Assembly (NCBI RefSeq): GCF_006345805.1
Contig: NC_043007.1
Location: 37,448,001-37,512,000 of the forward strand
Reading direction: 5' to 3'
Source of the DNA: Octopus sinensis
Taxonomy: Eukaryota
Length of the DNA: 64,000 nucleotides
Each line of letters begins with the position of its first letter. The stretch's first letter is position 1. The notes under the pieces were generated by a model. It was given only the letters and a program-made list of their open reading frames with translations, made no database searches and had not been told where the DNA came from. The position numbers were made by a program, and so were the translations under genes. Of the stretch, positions 11,417-52,712 are shown piece by piece.

Positions 11417-11720
11417 GAAAGAACTACCGTGAAATTCTGTTTTCTGCTGGGGAAAACGACGGCCGAAACAGTTGACATGCTTCAAACAGTTTACAAGGCC
11501 GCTGCCATGAGCAAAAAGACAAGCTTACAAGTGGTTTTCACGCATTAGGAATGATCACTTGTCGCTTGAGGACTAACTTCGTTCAGGGTGACCGTAGACC
11601 TTCTGAACGAATAAAAACGAAATGATTTTGGAAGACCATCGTCGAACAATTGACGAGCTTGTTGATATAACTTGTTTGTCCTGGAGCTCTTCCCAACGAA
11701 TTTTTTGCGAATAATTGCCT
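11417..11720 (+). pseudogene. mariner transposase N-terminal (HTH) fragment
   Basis: VKFCFLLGKTTAETVDMLQTVY..KWFSR..LED..RSG..ILEDHRRTIDEL, with stops and frameshifts. Confidence 0.75.
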
Positions 11721-11752
11721 TTGAAAAGAGTGGCAGCAAGATTATATATACA

Positions 11753-11914
11753 GGCGCAGGCATGGCTGTGTGGTAAGAAACTTGCTTCTCAACCACATGG
11801 TTCCGGGTTCAGTCCCACTGCGTGGCACCTTGGGCAAGAGTCTTCTACTATAGCCTTGAGCCGACCAAAGCCTTGTAACTTTATTTGGTATACGGAAACA
11901 GAAAGAAGCCCGTC

Positions 11915-11971
<57 letters not shown>

Positions 11972-12092
11972 TGCTCGCTTAGCCAGCGGGGTGGCGTCAC
12001 TTGAAGGTTAAACCAATATAAGGCGCATTGTGACCAGCGACGTGTGGCAACATCTGATAGCCTGGTCGGTCACGGTGATCACGGTGATATAT

Positions 12093-12157
<65 letters not shown>

Positions 12158-12187
12158 TGTATGTATGTATGTATATGTATATGTATG

Positions 12188-12221
<34 letters not shown>

Positions 12222-12486
12222 TGTATGTATGTATGTATGTATGTATTATGTATGTGTGTGTGTGAGTGTGTATTTGTGTGTCTGTTTGTCCCCCACCACC
12301 GTTTGATAACGGATGGTGTGTTTGGTTTCCGTAACTTAGTGGATGGTGTGTTTACGTCTCCGTAACTTAGCGGTTCGGCAAAAGGGAACGATAGAATAAG
12401 TCCTAGGGTCGATTTCTTCTGCTAAAACCCTTTAAGGCGGTGCTTCAGCATGGCCGCAGTCAAATGACTGAAACAAGTAAAAGAGT
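11753..12486 (+). mobile_element. SINE family A with a nested 120-bp element in its microsatellite
   Basis: Head GGCGCAGGCATGGCTGTGTGG at 11753; tail at 12486. Confidence 0.88.
11967..12086. repeat. ~120-bp interspersed element always flanked by (TA)n
   Basis: CCTGCTCGCTTAGCCAGCGGGGTGGCGTCA...ATCACGGTG; homologues at 47251-47372 and 47510-47632. Confidence 0.85.
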
Positions 12487-13144
12487 TTTATACATATATG
12501 TATATATAGAGAGAGGAGTGAGAGATAGAGAGAGAGAGACTCATGCTATTGCACATCTTAATTCATCTAAAAGCAAGGACTTTTAAGTTACCTCCCGCGG
12601 AGGGCTAATTGGGTTTGTGGCCCAAAACTAAAGAGTGCTAAATAGCATGACTATAATACGTCTATAATGACTATATGTCCCGCTGGCGTTTGATCAGAAG
12701 TTAGGGACGGATGGGAATCAATCCTGTAATGCAATCATTCTATCGTTCCAGTCCCAATCTGAATTCCAACTGTTGCATAATTTGTCCCAAAGTTCTTATC
12801 TCGACGTAGAATTAACGAAGTGATTGTCATTTATCTCCCCTTGATCCCTGACATCATCTGACAAACGCCAATCAAGATGGCGTGAATCAAGCAAGCCTTA
12901 CCTGCTAGAAATAGTAACCCAAATGCTTTTAAATCAGATCCTAACGCTGGATGTTCAACAACCAAATAAAGGTCAGATTTTCAATCCCGGAATCATCCTG
13001 ATTCCAAAAAGGCACATGCCTATGAAGAGCAAATGTAAACTGAAATACAAGGGTCCCAGACAGATGAAATTTCGTTTTTCTTATAATAGATACTCTGATT
13101 ATTATTTTTTTTTTTTAGAAAATGACATTTATTCCATAGAGTGA

Positions 13145-13830
13145 TTTTAAAACTTACCTAATAATAACGTCTTTTCACATTGGCTTTCAGACTCAAATGT
13201 TTGTAGCAAATTGCTGAGAGAGTTTTGAATGCATATAAGTAAAATATTATTTAGTACAATCATCTAAATCAACGCTGTTGTTATAAAACCAATATTTGTT
13301 TTATCGACAAATGCGAAATAAAACGTAAAATCCACACAAGCGAGAATTGGTCTTTAAATAAAAGACAAAATATGAGTTAAAGTAGTCGATCCCAATTCAA
13401 GCAAAACCATATAGGAATTTCTACTAGCATTTTGTTGTGAGATCTTGAATAAATATAAAGTATAGTAAAACTTACACTTCAATATATTTCATATTATATA
13501 ATATCATACATAATATATATATCATTATTATGAATGATATAGTCAATATAATATTGTCATTATTAACTATTTACGGGTCGAGGTTCTATTATTGTCCAAC
13601 AGAATTGTTACTCCTAATGGTGTCGCTCGACATTGAAAACAAATAAATCCATGCAACAAATCTACATATATCATGCAAGAAGACAATCTATTAAAAACAA
13701 ATATATACATATATATTTCAAATAGCTGCGTTCTGCATTCCGTCACTATCCATGACAACAGATTATGACGTCATTATTTAGCATTGTCTTTTGAGTAAGA
13801 GAGCAGTAGCTGAAAAATTCATTTAAAGGA
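13145..13830. repeat. Old interspersed repeat, homologous in inverted orientation to ~60050-60590
   Basis: Shared blocks AAAACTTACCT.ATAATA, TTGGCTTTCA, GTAAAATCCA.ACAAG and GTCATTATTT..GAGTAAGAGA..TTCATTTAAAGGAA. Confidence 0.5.
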
Positions 13831-14274
13831 ACGAGTTAACGATAATCTACTTATCTTACAATTAATACTTTAACTCGGATGTTTACTCAAATCCATAATC
13901 AAGATGTCTTATTTTTCTGACCTCCAATTACATAGTCCTTTCTAAACCGTTTTCTCTACCCGCGTGCCGACAATCATGCTGAAATGAAATGGCTTCGTGA
14001 GGATGTTATTGGCTTGTCGACTCATGGATTGTAAGTTCAAATTCACATTGATTACGTTTTTTGTCAGAACCCTTAATTCTCATTTACCATCGTTCTCCTA
14101 CTTAACACATTTTCTGGCAATAAATTAGTTTTGCGTCACAGAAGAAAACTAAACTAGGTGGCGATTTAACTATATTTTGTCTAACTTCAATGGACACAAA
14201 ACTTGGACCTATGAAGAAAGAATTTAAAAAATGATAATGGCCTGGAATAATCTTGCCTAATTAAATAAGAAATG

Positions 14275-14637
14275 GGCGAACTTACGGTATATGTACCGGT
14301 GTACTTCCGGAAGTACCGGATACATTTCAAAAAAGTGGGTTTTTTTTATATATATGGGGGGTTAGGGTTAGGATTAGGGTTACGGTTAGGGTTTCTGTTA
14401 GGGTTAGGATTTGTGTTAGGGTTAGGGTTAGGCAATGTAGCGATGCTTCGGTACATGAACACACGTGACTTTGTTTACATTTCTGAAGATAACAGAAACC
14501 CTTTTCTCCCACTCCTAACCCAACCCTAACAGAAACCCTAACCCTAACCCTAACCCCCCCATATATAAAAAAAACACTTTTTTGAAATGTATCCGGTACT
14601 TTCGGAAGTACACCGGTGCATATACCGTAAGATCTCC
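14275..14637. mobile_element. MITE with ~130-bp TIRs containing (TTAGGG)n/(CCCTAA)n
   Basis: CTTACGGTATATG.ACCGGTGTACTTCCG.AAGTACCGGATACATTTCAAAAAAGTG... is mirrored at 14510-14637. Confidence 0.88.
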
Positions 14638-14700
14638 AAAAACGAACTAAAGAAGCATTGCTAGCAAAAATTCAAATTCACATTGTATTTTGTTTGAATA

Positions 14701-14739
<39 letters not shown>

Positions 14740-15523
14740 TGCCTCATTGTGAAGTGAAAAACGATACAATCGACTAAGGCTAGCATTGTATATCCCTATG
14801 TCGTCAGATATACAAACTCACGTGCGTACATATCCTCTGGAATTATCGTTTTGAGTTATCTCTCAGCACGTCAATCGCCACTTCGTATATTCGTACCTTG
14901 CATGAAGGATAAAATTAAAATTATATAAAGTGTTGGGGTTGATATAATCAACTAAAGTTCTTTGACACCGGTGCTACTGTAAAAAAAATATATATATAAA
15001 GAGGATATTTCGTTTGTGGATTTGGAGAGTCAAGACTACTGAAAAGGTTGCAAGACGCAACGAAAATTTTAGGAAAGTATAAATAAGAAATAAGTGGAAA
15101 TTTTACCGGTGAGTGTGTTACATTATAAGTCACAAAAAGAAAATGACTCTCCCCAGACACAACAATAAAGAGGATACTTAACTATATAAGCTCACAAAAT
15201 GTTTATCCCCACAAACTAAGAAACAAATTCAAACATCTGGACATGTTCGTAACTTGAATATAGCCATATCTGCAGATAGAATGTTCACAAACAGCTAACA
15301 GTCAATGTACTGAGAACTATACCAGGAAGGCATCACGAAATCTTGAGACTCGTCAACGACTCTTGAAATTTCTTGGTTTGAATATTTGAGCCTCCTACTC
15401 ATGGTTTTAGACACAGGTCCTTCTTGTCAAGCTGGGCACTACATTTAAAACAGCTGAAGTATATTGTAAAGTTGTTTCTTACTTAACTATATTTTAGAGA
15501 CGACGTTTTATTTTTAATATATA

Positions 15524-16666
15524 CTAACAGAGATACCCGGCATTGCTCGGGATTAAAATGTCATAGTTTGTATATAATATATTACAGTTATGTTTAAACA
15601 GGTGATATTGGAAAGTGCAGCATTGACAACAAAACATTTGTGGAGTAAATGATGGGCTAATTCAACTAAGCAACATTCTATGCGTCCGTTTGGAGTATTT
15701 CAGGCCCTAACCCGTCATGGAAAATTGGAGGTGGGGATTATGTGATTGTTGAACGCACCGAAAAGCTGTCAGTGGATATACTCTCTTTTTCAGCTGTCGG
15801 CGCTGTGTCTAGCACGACCCATCGTCTGAAATTTTGACACCTCCTTCGGGTTTGTTGTCCTACATCACTCATGAATTAAATTTGGAGGAACTGTGGTCGT
15901 TCATTTGTAGGTAACAGGGAACCAATGAGGTGATAGACTTGCCCTTGAACTTTGACGTCGGCGTAAATTCATGTTTAACTATCTTCTTAGATGCAGTAAA
16001 CGATGTCATTTGAAATGCAGAGTTATATTGTCTGATATTGTTTAGAAAATCATTTGACTGGATGGAAGTGCCTTCAAGAGGATCCATAAAATGTTGAGGA
16101 GGAGCCGGTAGTGTTGGCAATGTTACCTGACCGCCAGAGCAGCACATACCATTTGTTTCATTTGAAATTTTAAAGCTCTACAGAAACGACAATTTGTGTT
16201 TAGTACACCAATTTGGACAGAGTTATCATTTTTATAAGAATGGGATGGATCATATCTGAAAAGAGCTTCAGGAGTTGTGAATAACGAATTTGTACGTAGT
16301 CTGTTTCTGAGAGCTATTCTATTGGACCTCTAATCATTAAAACATTGATTTAATGATCCAGCATTAAGTGCTGCAACATGCATTTGCTGATCTTGAGAAA
16401 ATCTCATCTCACTTCTCTCTTCAGACTCTCGCCTTCGGTTCTCTATAATCCTCCTTGTTTTATACTTGTTTCTGGAGAGATTACGTCTTTTCTTTGGTGT
16501 CATATTTTTTCAATGTTGTAAACAAAAAAATATTGAATGTTCATATTTTTTTGTTTACAACATTGAAAAAATATGTATAAAGAAATTATACATTAATTCC
16601 TATTTATGTAAGCAGTTGTATGTATGTGATATGTTTTTATTTTTGTATGCAGTATAAATTAACAGA
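15524..16666 (-). mobile_element. Non-autonomous Helitron carrying a Rep N-terminal fragment
   Basis: 3' hairpin CCCGAGCAATGCCGGG then TTAG|T; candidate 5' end A|TC at 16666. Coding relic YDP..IG..C..C.ALKF..MCCSGGQV.LP..NIRQYNSAFQMTSF..GSLLP..PQFLQI. Confidence 0.8.
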
Positions 16667-17049
16667 TAGAAGCACATGTATGAACTGCTAATTTAACGGT
16701 AAATGTCACAATAATTATTATAGATAAATTTCTTAATATCGGGATGAAACAAATGGTTGGTTAGCATGTCCGTGCACTGGGTACTCCGTCATCAGAGACA
16801 AGGTATGAATATTTTAGACGGGAAAATTTACAGTTTACAAGGAATAAAATTCACAGTTTATAAGGAATAAAATAAAAAAGTAAAGTGTAAAAGTAGTTAG
16901 AAGGCAGGAGAATAATGTTCACAACACCTCTTTTTCCAGAGGATATGGATGTTGGTTGGTACTTTCATGAAGATACAGGATTTTAGTTAAAATGCCAGGT
17001 AAATCCAGGTGAAACCTGTACCGTCATGGAAGTACCGACCTACATCCAT

Positions 17050-17860
17050 ATCCAGGTAAAACATGAGAAATGTAGTAACTTCATATTGCCAGAAAAAGCG
17101 TTCGACATAAATTTCACCGACACGGTCGACATTTTGTACAAAATGTTTAGGGAAAAGAGCTCACTGTTTAATACAAGATGGAAATGTTTAAACATAGAAA
17201 AGAGCGAAGATGAAGACTTCACTACTTACACAGGCAGAGTCAACAAAGAATGTGAGAGATTTAGGCTGGATATGCTTACTTCAAACTCTTTCAAGTGTTT
17301 GATTTTTGCACAAGGATCGACAGATGAAAGGAATCCTGACGAGTAGACTGCAGCGGTGGGGCACCATTCTATTAAGCTATGATTACAGAATGGAATATCT
17401 GCCTTTAAAAAAGTTGGGGTACGCCGATGGTCTGTCTAGGTTAATTCCGAGAAATAACGAACCGCTGGCGGACACCGTAATAGCAGCGCTAAGAGCGGAA
17501 GCGGAAACAAAAGAAGAAATGTGGAACATCGTACGTGAACTACCAGTAACTTTGGAAGAAATAAAAAGAAATGCTAGAAATGACAAAATTATTTAAGAGA
17601 CGAAAAGAAAACTGTGGTCGATAAAAGGAAATAAAGAAAGGTCTGGTCAAAGAACCGTCAAGATGTGAGCTTGTACTCTATATCTGATGGTGTACGCTCA
17701 CAGGGTGATCATACGCAGACATTACAGAAGAGAATGCTCAAAGAGTTCCATGTGGGACACCCAGACATCTCTAGAATGAAAGCGATGATGCGAAGTTTCG
17801 TATACTTACCAAGCACGGACAAGGAAGTTGAAAACCTGGTAAAAGGCTGTAGAGGATGTG
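17050..17860 (+). pseudogene. Gypsy (K02A2.6-like) relic: gag fragment joined to the RNase H end and integrase zinc finger
   Basis: FILPEK..SLFNTRWKCL..YTGRVNKECERF..FKCLIF; LQRWGTILLSYDY..YADGLSRL; H.GHP..SRMKA.MRSFVY.P..C..C. No LTRs seen. Confidence 0.8.
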
Positions 17861-18279
17861 TCTATAAAATACGGTAAACTTTCTTCTAGACAATGCAAAG
17901 TGCTATTTTCAGTATGTTTACAAAATGTGCAGTCACGCACAAAAATGATGGCTTTGAAATCGTGTTTCTTGACTGGGTGAAAATGATCAAACTTTAAACC
18001 TCTAAAACTTTTTAAAAACTTTTTTCTGGAAAAAGTTGAATAACTCCAGCAATTTAGCTTGGAAAGGCATATCAATATGCTAAATTTTAAAATTTTCAAT
18101 AAACTTTAATTTTTGAAATACTGGCAAACAAAAGAACTAGATCCGTATTTGCTCCAGCAAAGACGTGTCATATGACTCTGCTCTGTTGATTTCTTCTTCT
18201 TCTCTTTGGGAATATCATACTGCCTTTCTGACACCGCCCGTAGAAATTCGTTTTCAAATTTTCGCTTTACTGATGCCTC

Positions 18280-19400
18280 CAGTTAAGAAAATTGGTCGAC
18301 AGTACAGTAATGATTATTTATCGTTTGGATTTATTCCCTCTCTCCAGAACTGTCAATTACCAATGTGCCTTCCTTGCCATCAAACACTGACCAATGAAGG
18401 AATGAAACCTTCACGCTTGCAGTGTCACTTTGATGCAAAGCATTCTGACAAGAAGGACAAGCCATTGTCATATATTTTGCAATTGAGCGCCTCTTTCAAA
18501 AAGCAAACACAAACATTCAACACGCTACTCCAGGAAACTAGTAAGCAGGAGAATGCTGGGTTGACTGCATCGTACAACATTGCATTGCTTGTTGATAAGT
18601 CTGGTAAGTCTCTCACAATTAGAGAAACATCGCCCGGTTTTCGAAGAGGTTTTGTCAACCGTTATGCACGAAAAAACTGATAACATTATGAAGAAGATCG
18701 CACTTGGTAATAACACGATTTCTCGACGCATCGATTAAATGGCCAACGATGTCTAACATCAGCTCATTAATATTTTCCAGCGTTCTGAATTTTCTATACA
18801 AGTGGATGAGTCAACACCTGCAACCCTGCGAGGAAATGCTTTATTCAAAAGGTGCAACTATTTTTACTCTCCCGAATCTTTCTTTTTTGAACATAATATC
18901 CCACCAAGTAATATTCTTGCCTGTGCGTCTGATGAAACCCTTTCAATGATAGGAAGATAAAGAGGTTTTTCATCTCTCCCAGAGCGTGAAGTTCCCACCA
19001 GATACTAACTGTTCATTTCTTGGCACACCGGCAGCATTTCGTGCCAAAAATATGAACGGTAGATTGAATGTGCGCTACAATTAGTTATCGAAACTGTGAA
19101 CAAATTGAAGTCCAGTCCTTTGTTTGATCGAATTTTCTGTCAACTCTGAGAAATGATGAGGACTATACTAAACTCTTACACAATACCGAAGTACGGTGGC
19201 TGTCAAAAAGAAATTGTGTTTTATGCTTTGCTGAGTTGTTTCATATGATCATATCTTTCTTTGAAGCCACTCCACTATCCGCTTCAATGATGGCTGCAAG
19301 GTGCGTTATATTTTTTTCTTTGTGATATATTCACAAAATTAAATGATTTGAATAAGTTATTGCAAGGAAACAAGATCATTTATCACTACCTATTGAAATA
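18280..19400 (+). pseudogene. hAT (Buster/Charlie-type) transposase relic
   Basis: RQYSNDYLSFGF..PMCLPC..MKPSRLQCHF..KH; NNTISRRI; FSIQVDES; TEVRWLSK. Multiple frameshifts. Confidence 0.85.
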
Positions 19401-19474
19401 AATGGCGACTGTGGAATGCCCACACGCATACACAGACACATATACATACAGTATCAAACATCAGATGAAATGGA

Positions 19475-19475
19475 G

Positions 19476-19522
<47 letters not shown>

Positions 19523-19795
19523 CGAGTGAAGGGGTGTGTTATATATACGTACATACATAAATAAATGTGCATACATCTTTTTTGTATGTATGTGTGTGTA
19601 TGTGTGTGTGTGAGAGAGAGAGAGAGAAGGAGAGAGTGAATGCCATTTAGACATCACAATCTCTCTCTCTCACACACACGCGCACGCACGCACATATATA
19701 TACAAAAAGATGTATGCATATGTATTTATGTATGTACGTATAGATGATAACACACCCCTTCACTCTCTCTCTCTCTCTCTCACACACATACATAC
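19475..19795. repeat. Foldback of a composite microsatellite block (~150-bp arms)
   Basis: GAGAGTGAAGGGGTGTGTTAT..TACGTACATACATAAATA..GCATACATCTTTTTG at 19490-19625 is mirrored at 19660-19790. Confidence 0.8.
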
Positions 19796-20089
19796 ACATA
19801 CAAACACACACATACATAAATGTATACAAACGTACATACAAAAACACAGATGTGCGTGTGTGACTGACTACAAATACATAGAACAGAACATGGCGCGCAA
19901 AGAGTAAATAAATAAAAGCTTTTTACGGAAATTAACGAAGTGTGCGGGTTCAAGCGAGATTTGTGAACTTAGCAAATATTTCTTTCAGTAATTTATTGTA
20001 GTTGTTTGCAAATAGCTGATTAAAACTTGAAAGCATTAAAATAGTGAGTGAGAGGTTTCGCAAATGAAAACGGAAAATTTCGCCGTTGC

Positions 20090-20187
20090 TACGTCAATAC
20101 CAGAAGTTGGCGTTGAGAAACCTTTGTAAAGAAGTGGATACGTCAATACCAGAAGTTGACGTTGAGAAACCTTTGTAAAGAAGTGGA
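20090..20187. repeat. 49-bp tandem duplication
   Basis: TACGTCAATACCAGAAGTTG(G/A)CGTTGAGAAACCTTTGTAAAGAAGTGGA x2, one mismatch. Confidence 0.95.
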
Positions 20188-20389
20188 TCATATATATAAA
20201 GCAATATTGTTTATTTTTGATAAAAAAAAAATGAACACACTATTATGAACCCGAGATCAAATTATAAATGAATCCCAAGTATGGAAGCAATTCGCGCAGC
20301 GAATACATATATATACATACATATATCTAGATATATATATACATATATGTATACATATAAATACATACATACATATACATACATAATAC

Positions 20390-20454
<65 letters not shown>

Positions 20455-20463
20455 TATATATAT

Positions 20464-21555
20464 ATGAAAAGCTATATCAGGGGTGACCTAGACATGCTGA
20501 ACCACCTCTCGAAGACAGTAAAGGACGGAACTCTACTGGTATCTTTCGATGTGGTGAATCTATACACTAATATCCCACATGACTATGGTATAGAAGCAAT
20601 CACATTTTGGTTAGAAAAATACCCAGAAGAGATCCCAGGACGAATTAACCACAATTTTATAATTGAAGCACTGAAATTCGTCCTGTTGAACAATCAATTC
20701 TTGTTCGATACTACTTACTATCGACAGAAATGCGGAATTGCAATGGGGACCAGAGCTGCTCCAGTGATTGCAAACCTCGTAATGGGTTACCACGAACTTA
20801 AGTTATACCAATCATCACTAGAAAAATATGGCGCCTCTTTTAATTGCTACTTTAAGGAGAACTGGAAGAGATATTTAGATGATTGCTTCATACTTTGGCA
20901 AGATAGCATGGATCAACTCCTTGATTTCAAAAGAATGCTCAATAACATACACAGCAATATACAATTCACTATGGAACACAACAGTAAGCAACTCCCTTTT
21001 CTAGACATCTTAATTATAATAGCTAACAACCATATAGAAACAGACATCTTTTATAAACCCACAGATTCTAAACAATATCTATTATTTAACTCCTGCCACC
21101 CCAAACACATAAAAATCAACATACCCTTTAACCTAGCAAAAAGAATCTGCACCATAGTTTCCGATACATACACTCGAGAACATAGACTCCTTGAACTTAG
21201 ATCTACACTAACTAAAAGACATTACCCAATCTCATTAGTAAATGAAGGCATCAAAAGAGCTAAGGAAATAGATATACAAAGATTAAGGAAAACTAGCCGA
21301 AATACTAAACAAGACTTAAAAATACTCCCGTACATCTCCACACATAACCCCAGAAACAACGAAGCCTTCAACATCATCACCCAAAACCTTCCCATCCTCA
21401 GAGCAGACAAAACAATGAACAAAATTTTAAGCTCATATAAAATTATAAAAAGCAAAAAGCAACCGAAGTCACTGAAAAAAATATTAACCAGCGCTAGACT
21501 TTACCCACTAACAACTGAGCCAAAAGTGACAAAATGTAAAGCGAGGACTCCCTGT
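20464..21555 (+). mobile_element. Penelope-like element reverse transcriptase fragment (open frame, truncated at both ends)
   Basis: SFDVVNLYTNIPH, GIAMGTRAAP, RYLDDCF, LPFLD, YKPTD..YL..SCHPKH..NIPFNLAKRICTI are PLE-type RT/thumb motifs. It breaks off at CKARTPC, before any GIY-YIG domain. The ORF-track ATG lies at the edge of (TA)n. Confidence 0.92.
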
Positions 21556-21681
21556 ATATATGATATGTGTCTATGTATATACATATGTTTGTATGTATAA
21601 TAGTACATGTACACACATGCACGCACGAGGGAACATTGAGAACGAAACTATTGTACTTCTTCGTAATATATCAAGAGTACA

Positions 21682-21765
<84 letters not shown>

Positions 21766-21917
21766 CAGCAGAAGCTATATATTTATATAACACTACTAAA
21801 TATTACTAAACATAATAAGAATAGTTCTCAATTACAACCAAATATTTTAAATACCGTCTAACTGAAAGGGATTGTGAAGACATCTACAGGACGAAGTAGA
21901 CTACGCATACATACAAT

Positions 21918-51092
<29,175 letters not shown>

Positions 51093-51638
51093 ATTTACCG
51101 CTGCTTTTACAATGGGAGATCGGTTTTATTTAAAGCACGACCTTATATCTTTCCTCTTGGCGGTTCACATATGTTTGCCTCAATACAAGTTACAGTCGTA
51201 AATTCAAATAGTCTATTATCTTAGAAGTTGTCGGTGAAAAGGAAATTTTCTTGCATGTGGTGAATTCCTTGCTAATATAAAATTGGCTTTTGGAAGAGAA
51301 TTATAGATCGGCATGTATAATTTCACCACCACAAAATGAATGGAGCTACCTTATATAATCGAATTTGTCAATTACTAGAGCACGTGTGATGTTCTGCTAC
51401 TGAAGCATTTTAATTTTTGTCTGATATATTAAATATTCACTTTTATTTATCAAAAATGTTTCCCCCGTTATATTGATTTCATTATATGCAAGATTTATTA
51501 ATCCATTGTAATGTTGTTGTTGTTGTTGTTATTGTTGTCGTTGTCGTTGTCGTCGTCGTCGTCATCATCATCATCATCGTCATCATCATCGTCATCGTCA
51601 TCATCATCATCATCATCATCATCATTATTATTATTGTT

Positions 51639-52230
51639 AGCTGGCAGAAACGTTAGCACCCCGGGCGAAATGCGTAGCCGTATTTCGTCTGCCGTTACGT
51701 TCTGAGTTCAAATTCCGCCGAGGTCGACTTTGCCTTTCATCCTTTCGGGGTGGATAAATTAAGTACCAGTTACGCACTGGCGTCGATATAATCGACTTTA
51801 TTCCGTTTGTCTGTCCTTGTTTGTCCTCTCTGTGTTTAGCCCCTTGTGGGTAGTAAAGAAATAGGTATTTCGTCTGCCGCTACGTTGTGAGTTCAAATTC
51901 CGCCGAGGTCGACTTTGCCTTTCATCCTTTTGGGGTGGATAAATTAAGTACCAGTTATGCACTGGGGTCGATATAATCGACTTAATCCGTTTGTCTGTCC
52001 TTGTTTGTCCTCTCTGTGTTTAGCCCCTTGTGGGTAGTAAAGAAATAGGTATTTCGTCTGACTTTACGTTCTGAGTTCAACTTCCGCCGAGGTCGACTTT
52101 TCCTTTCATCCCTTCGGAGTCGATAAATTTAGCACCAGTTGCATACTGGAGTCGATCTAATCGACAGGCCCCTCCCCCAAAATTTCGGGCCTTAAGCCAG
52201 AGCAAAAAAGATTATTATTATTACTATTAT
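51639..52230 (+). mobile_element. tRNA-derived SINE family C, trimeric
   Basis: Head AGCTGGCAGAAACGTTAGC; units start TATTTCGTCTG at 51681, 51866 and 52050, each with GAGTTCAA.TTCC; (ATT)n tail. Confidence 0.88.
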
Positions 52231-52712
52231 GGTCGCCCTATTGTGAAGTCACGGAAATTTGGTGCTCCTTAAGTTGAAAAAGTATTTGTAATCTTCTCGT
52301 CTTTTGACTTCTCTTTTTATTATTAGATTTCAGAGATAGTCTGGATTGTGCAGATAGTATTTTTGTGTAGAAACACCCTCTGTTTTGCAGAGGGTGCACA
52401 TAAATAATTTTTTAATATTAACTGCTTTCGGCAAAACAAATATTTCGGAATTTTCTGCAATTTTTTAAAGATGGCTGATAAAGAAGCCATCGTAATGTTC
52501 GATAAAGGAACGCTCTCCTTGAGAATTTTAAGAACAAGGAAAGAAACGAGAATATCAACATGATATGGCCTCGACTTAATGTTGTCACCGGGGCGAAAAA
52601 TGTTTCGTCTCTAAGCAACGTCAAAACTTTAGGTGACGACAAAGAGAACAACAACTACAGCAGGAGCAGCAGTGATAGCAGCAGCAGTAGTGATAGCAGC
52701 AGCAACAACTGT

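Noticed and set aside
51093-51510. SLC22 polyadenylation signal
   Set aside because: No canonical AATAAA before the next repeats; the 3' end cannot be placed from sequence alone.
51681-52210. Regularly spaced repeats as a CRISPR array
   Set aside because: The units are 185-bp SINE modules without unique spacers; no cas genes; eukaryotic context.
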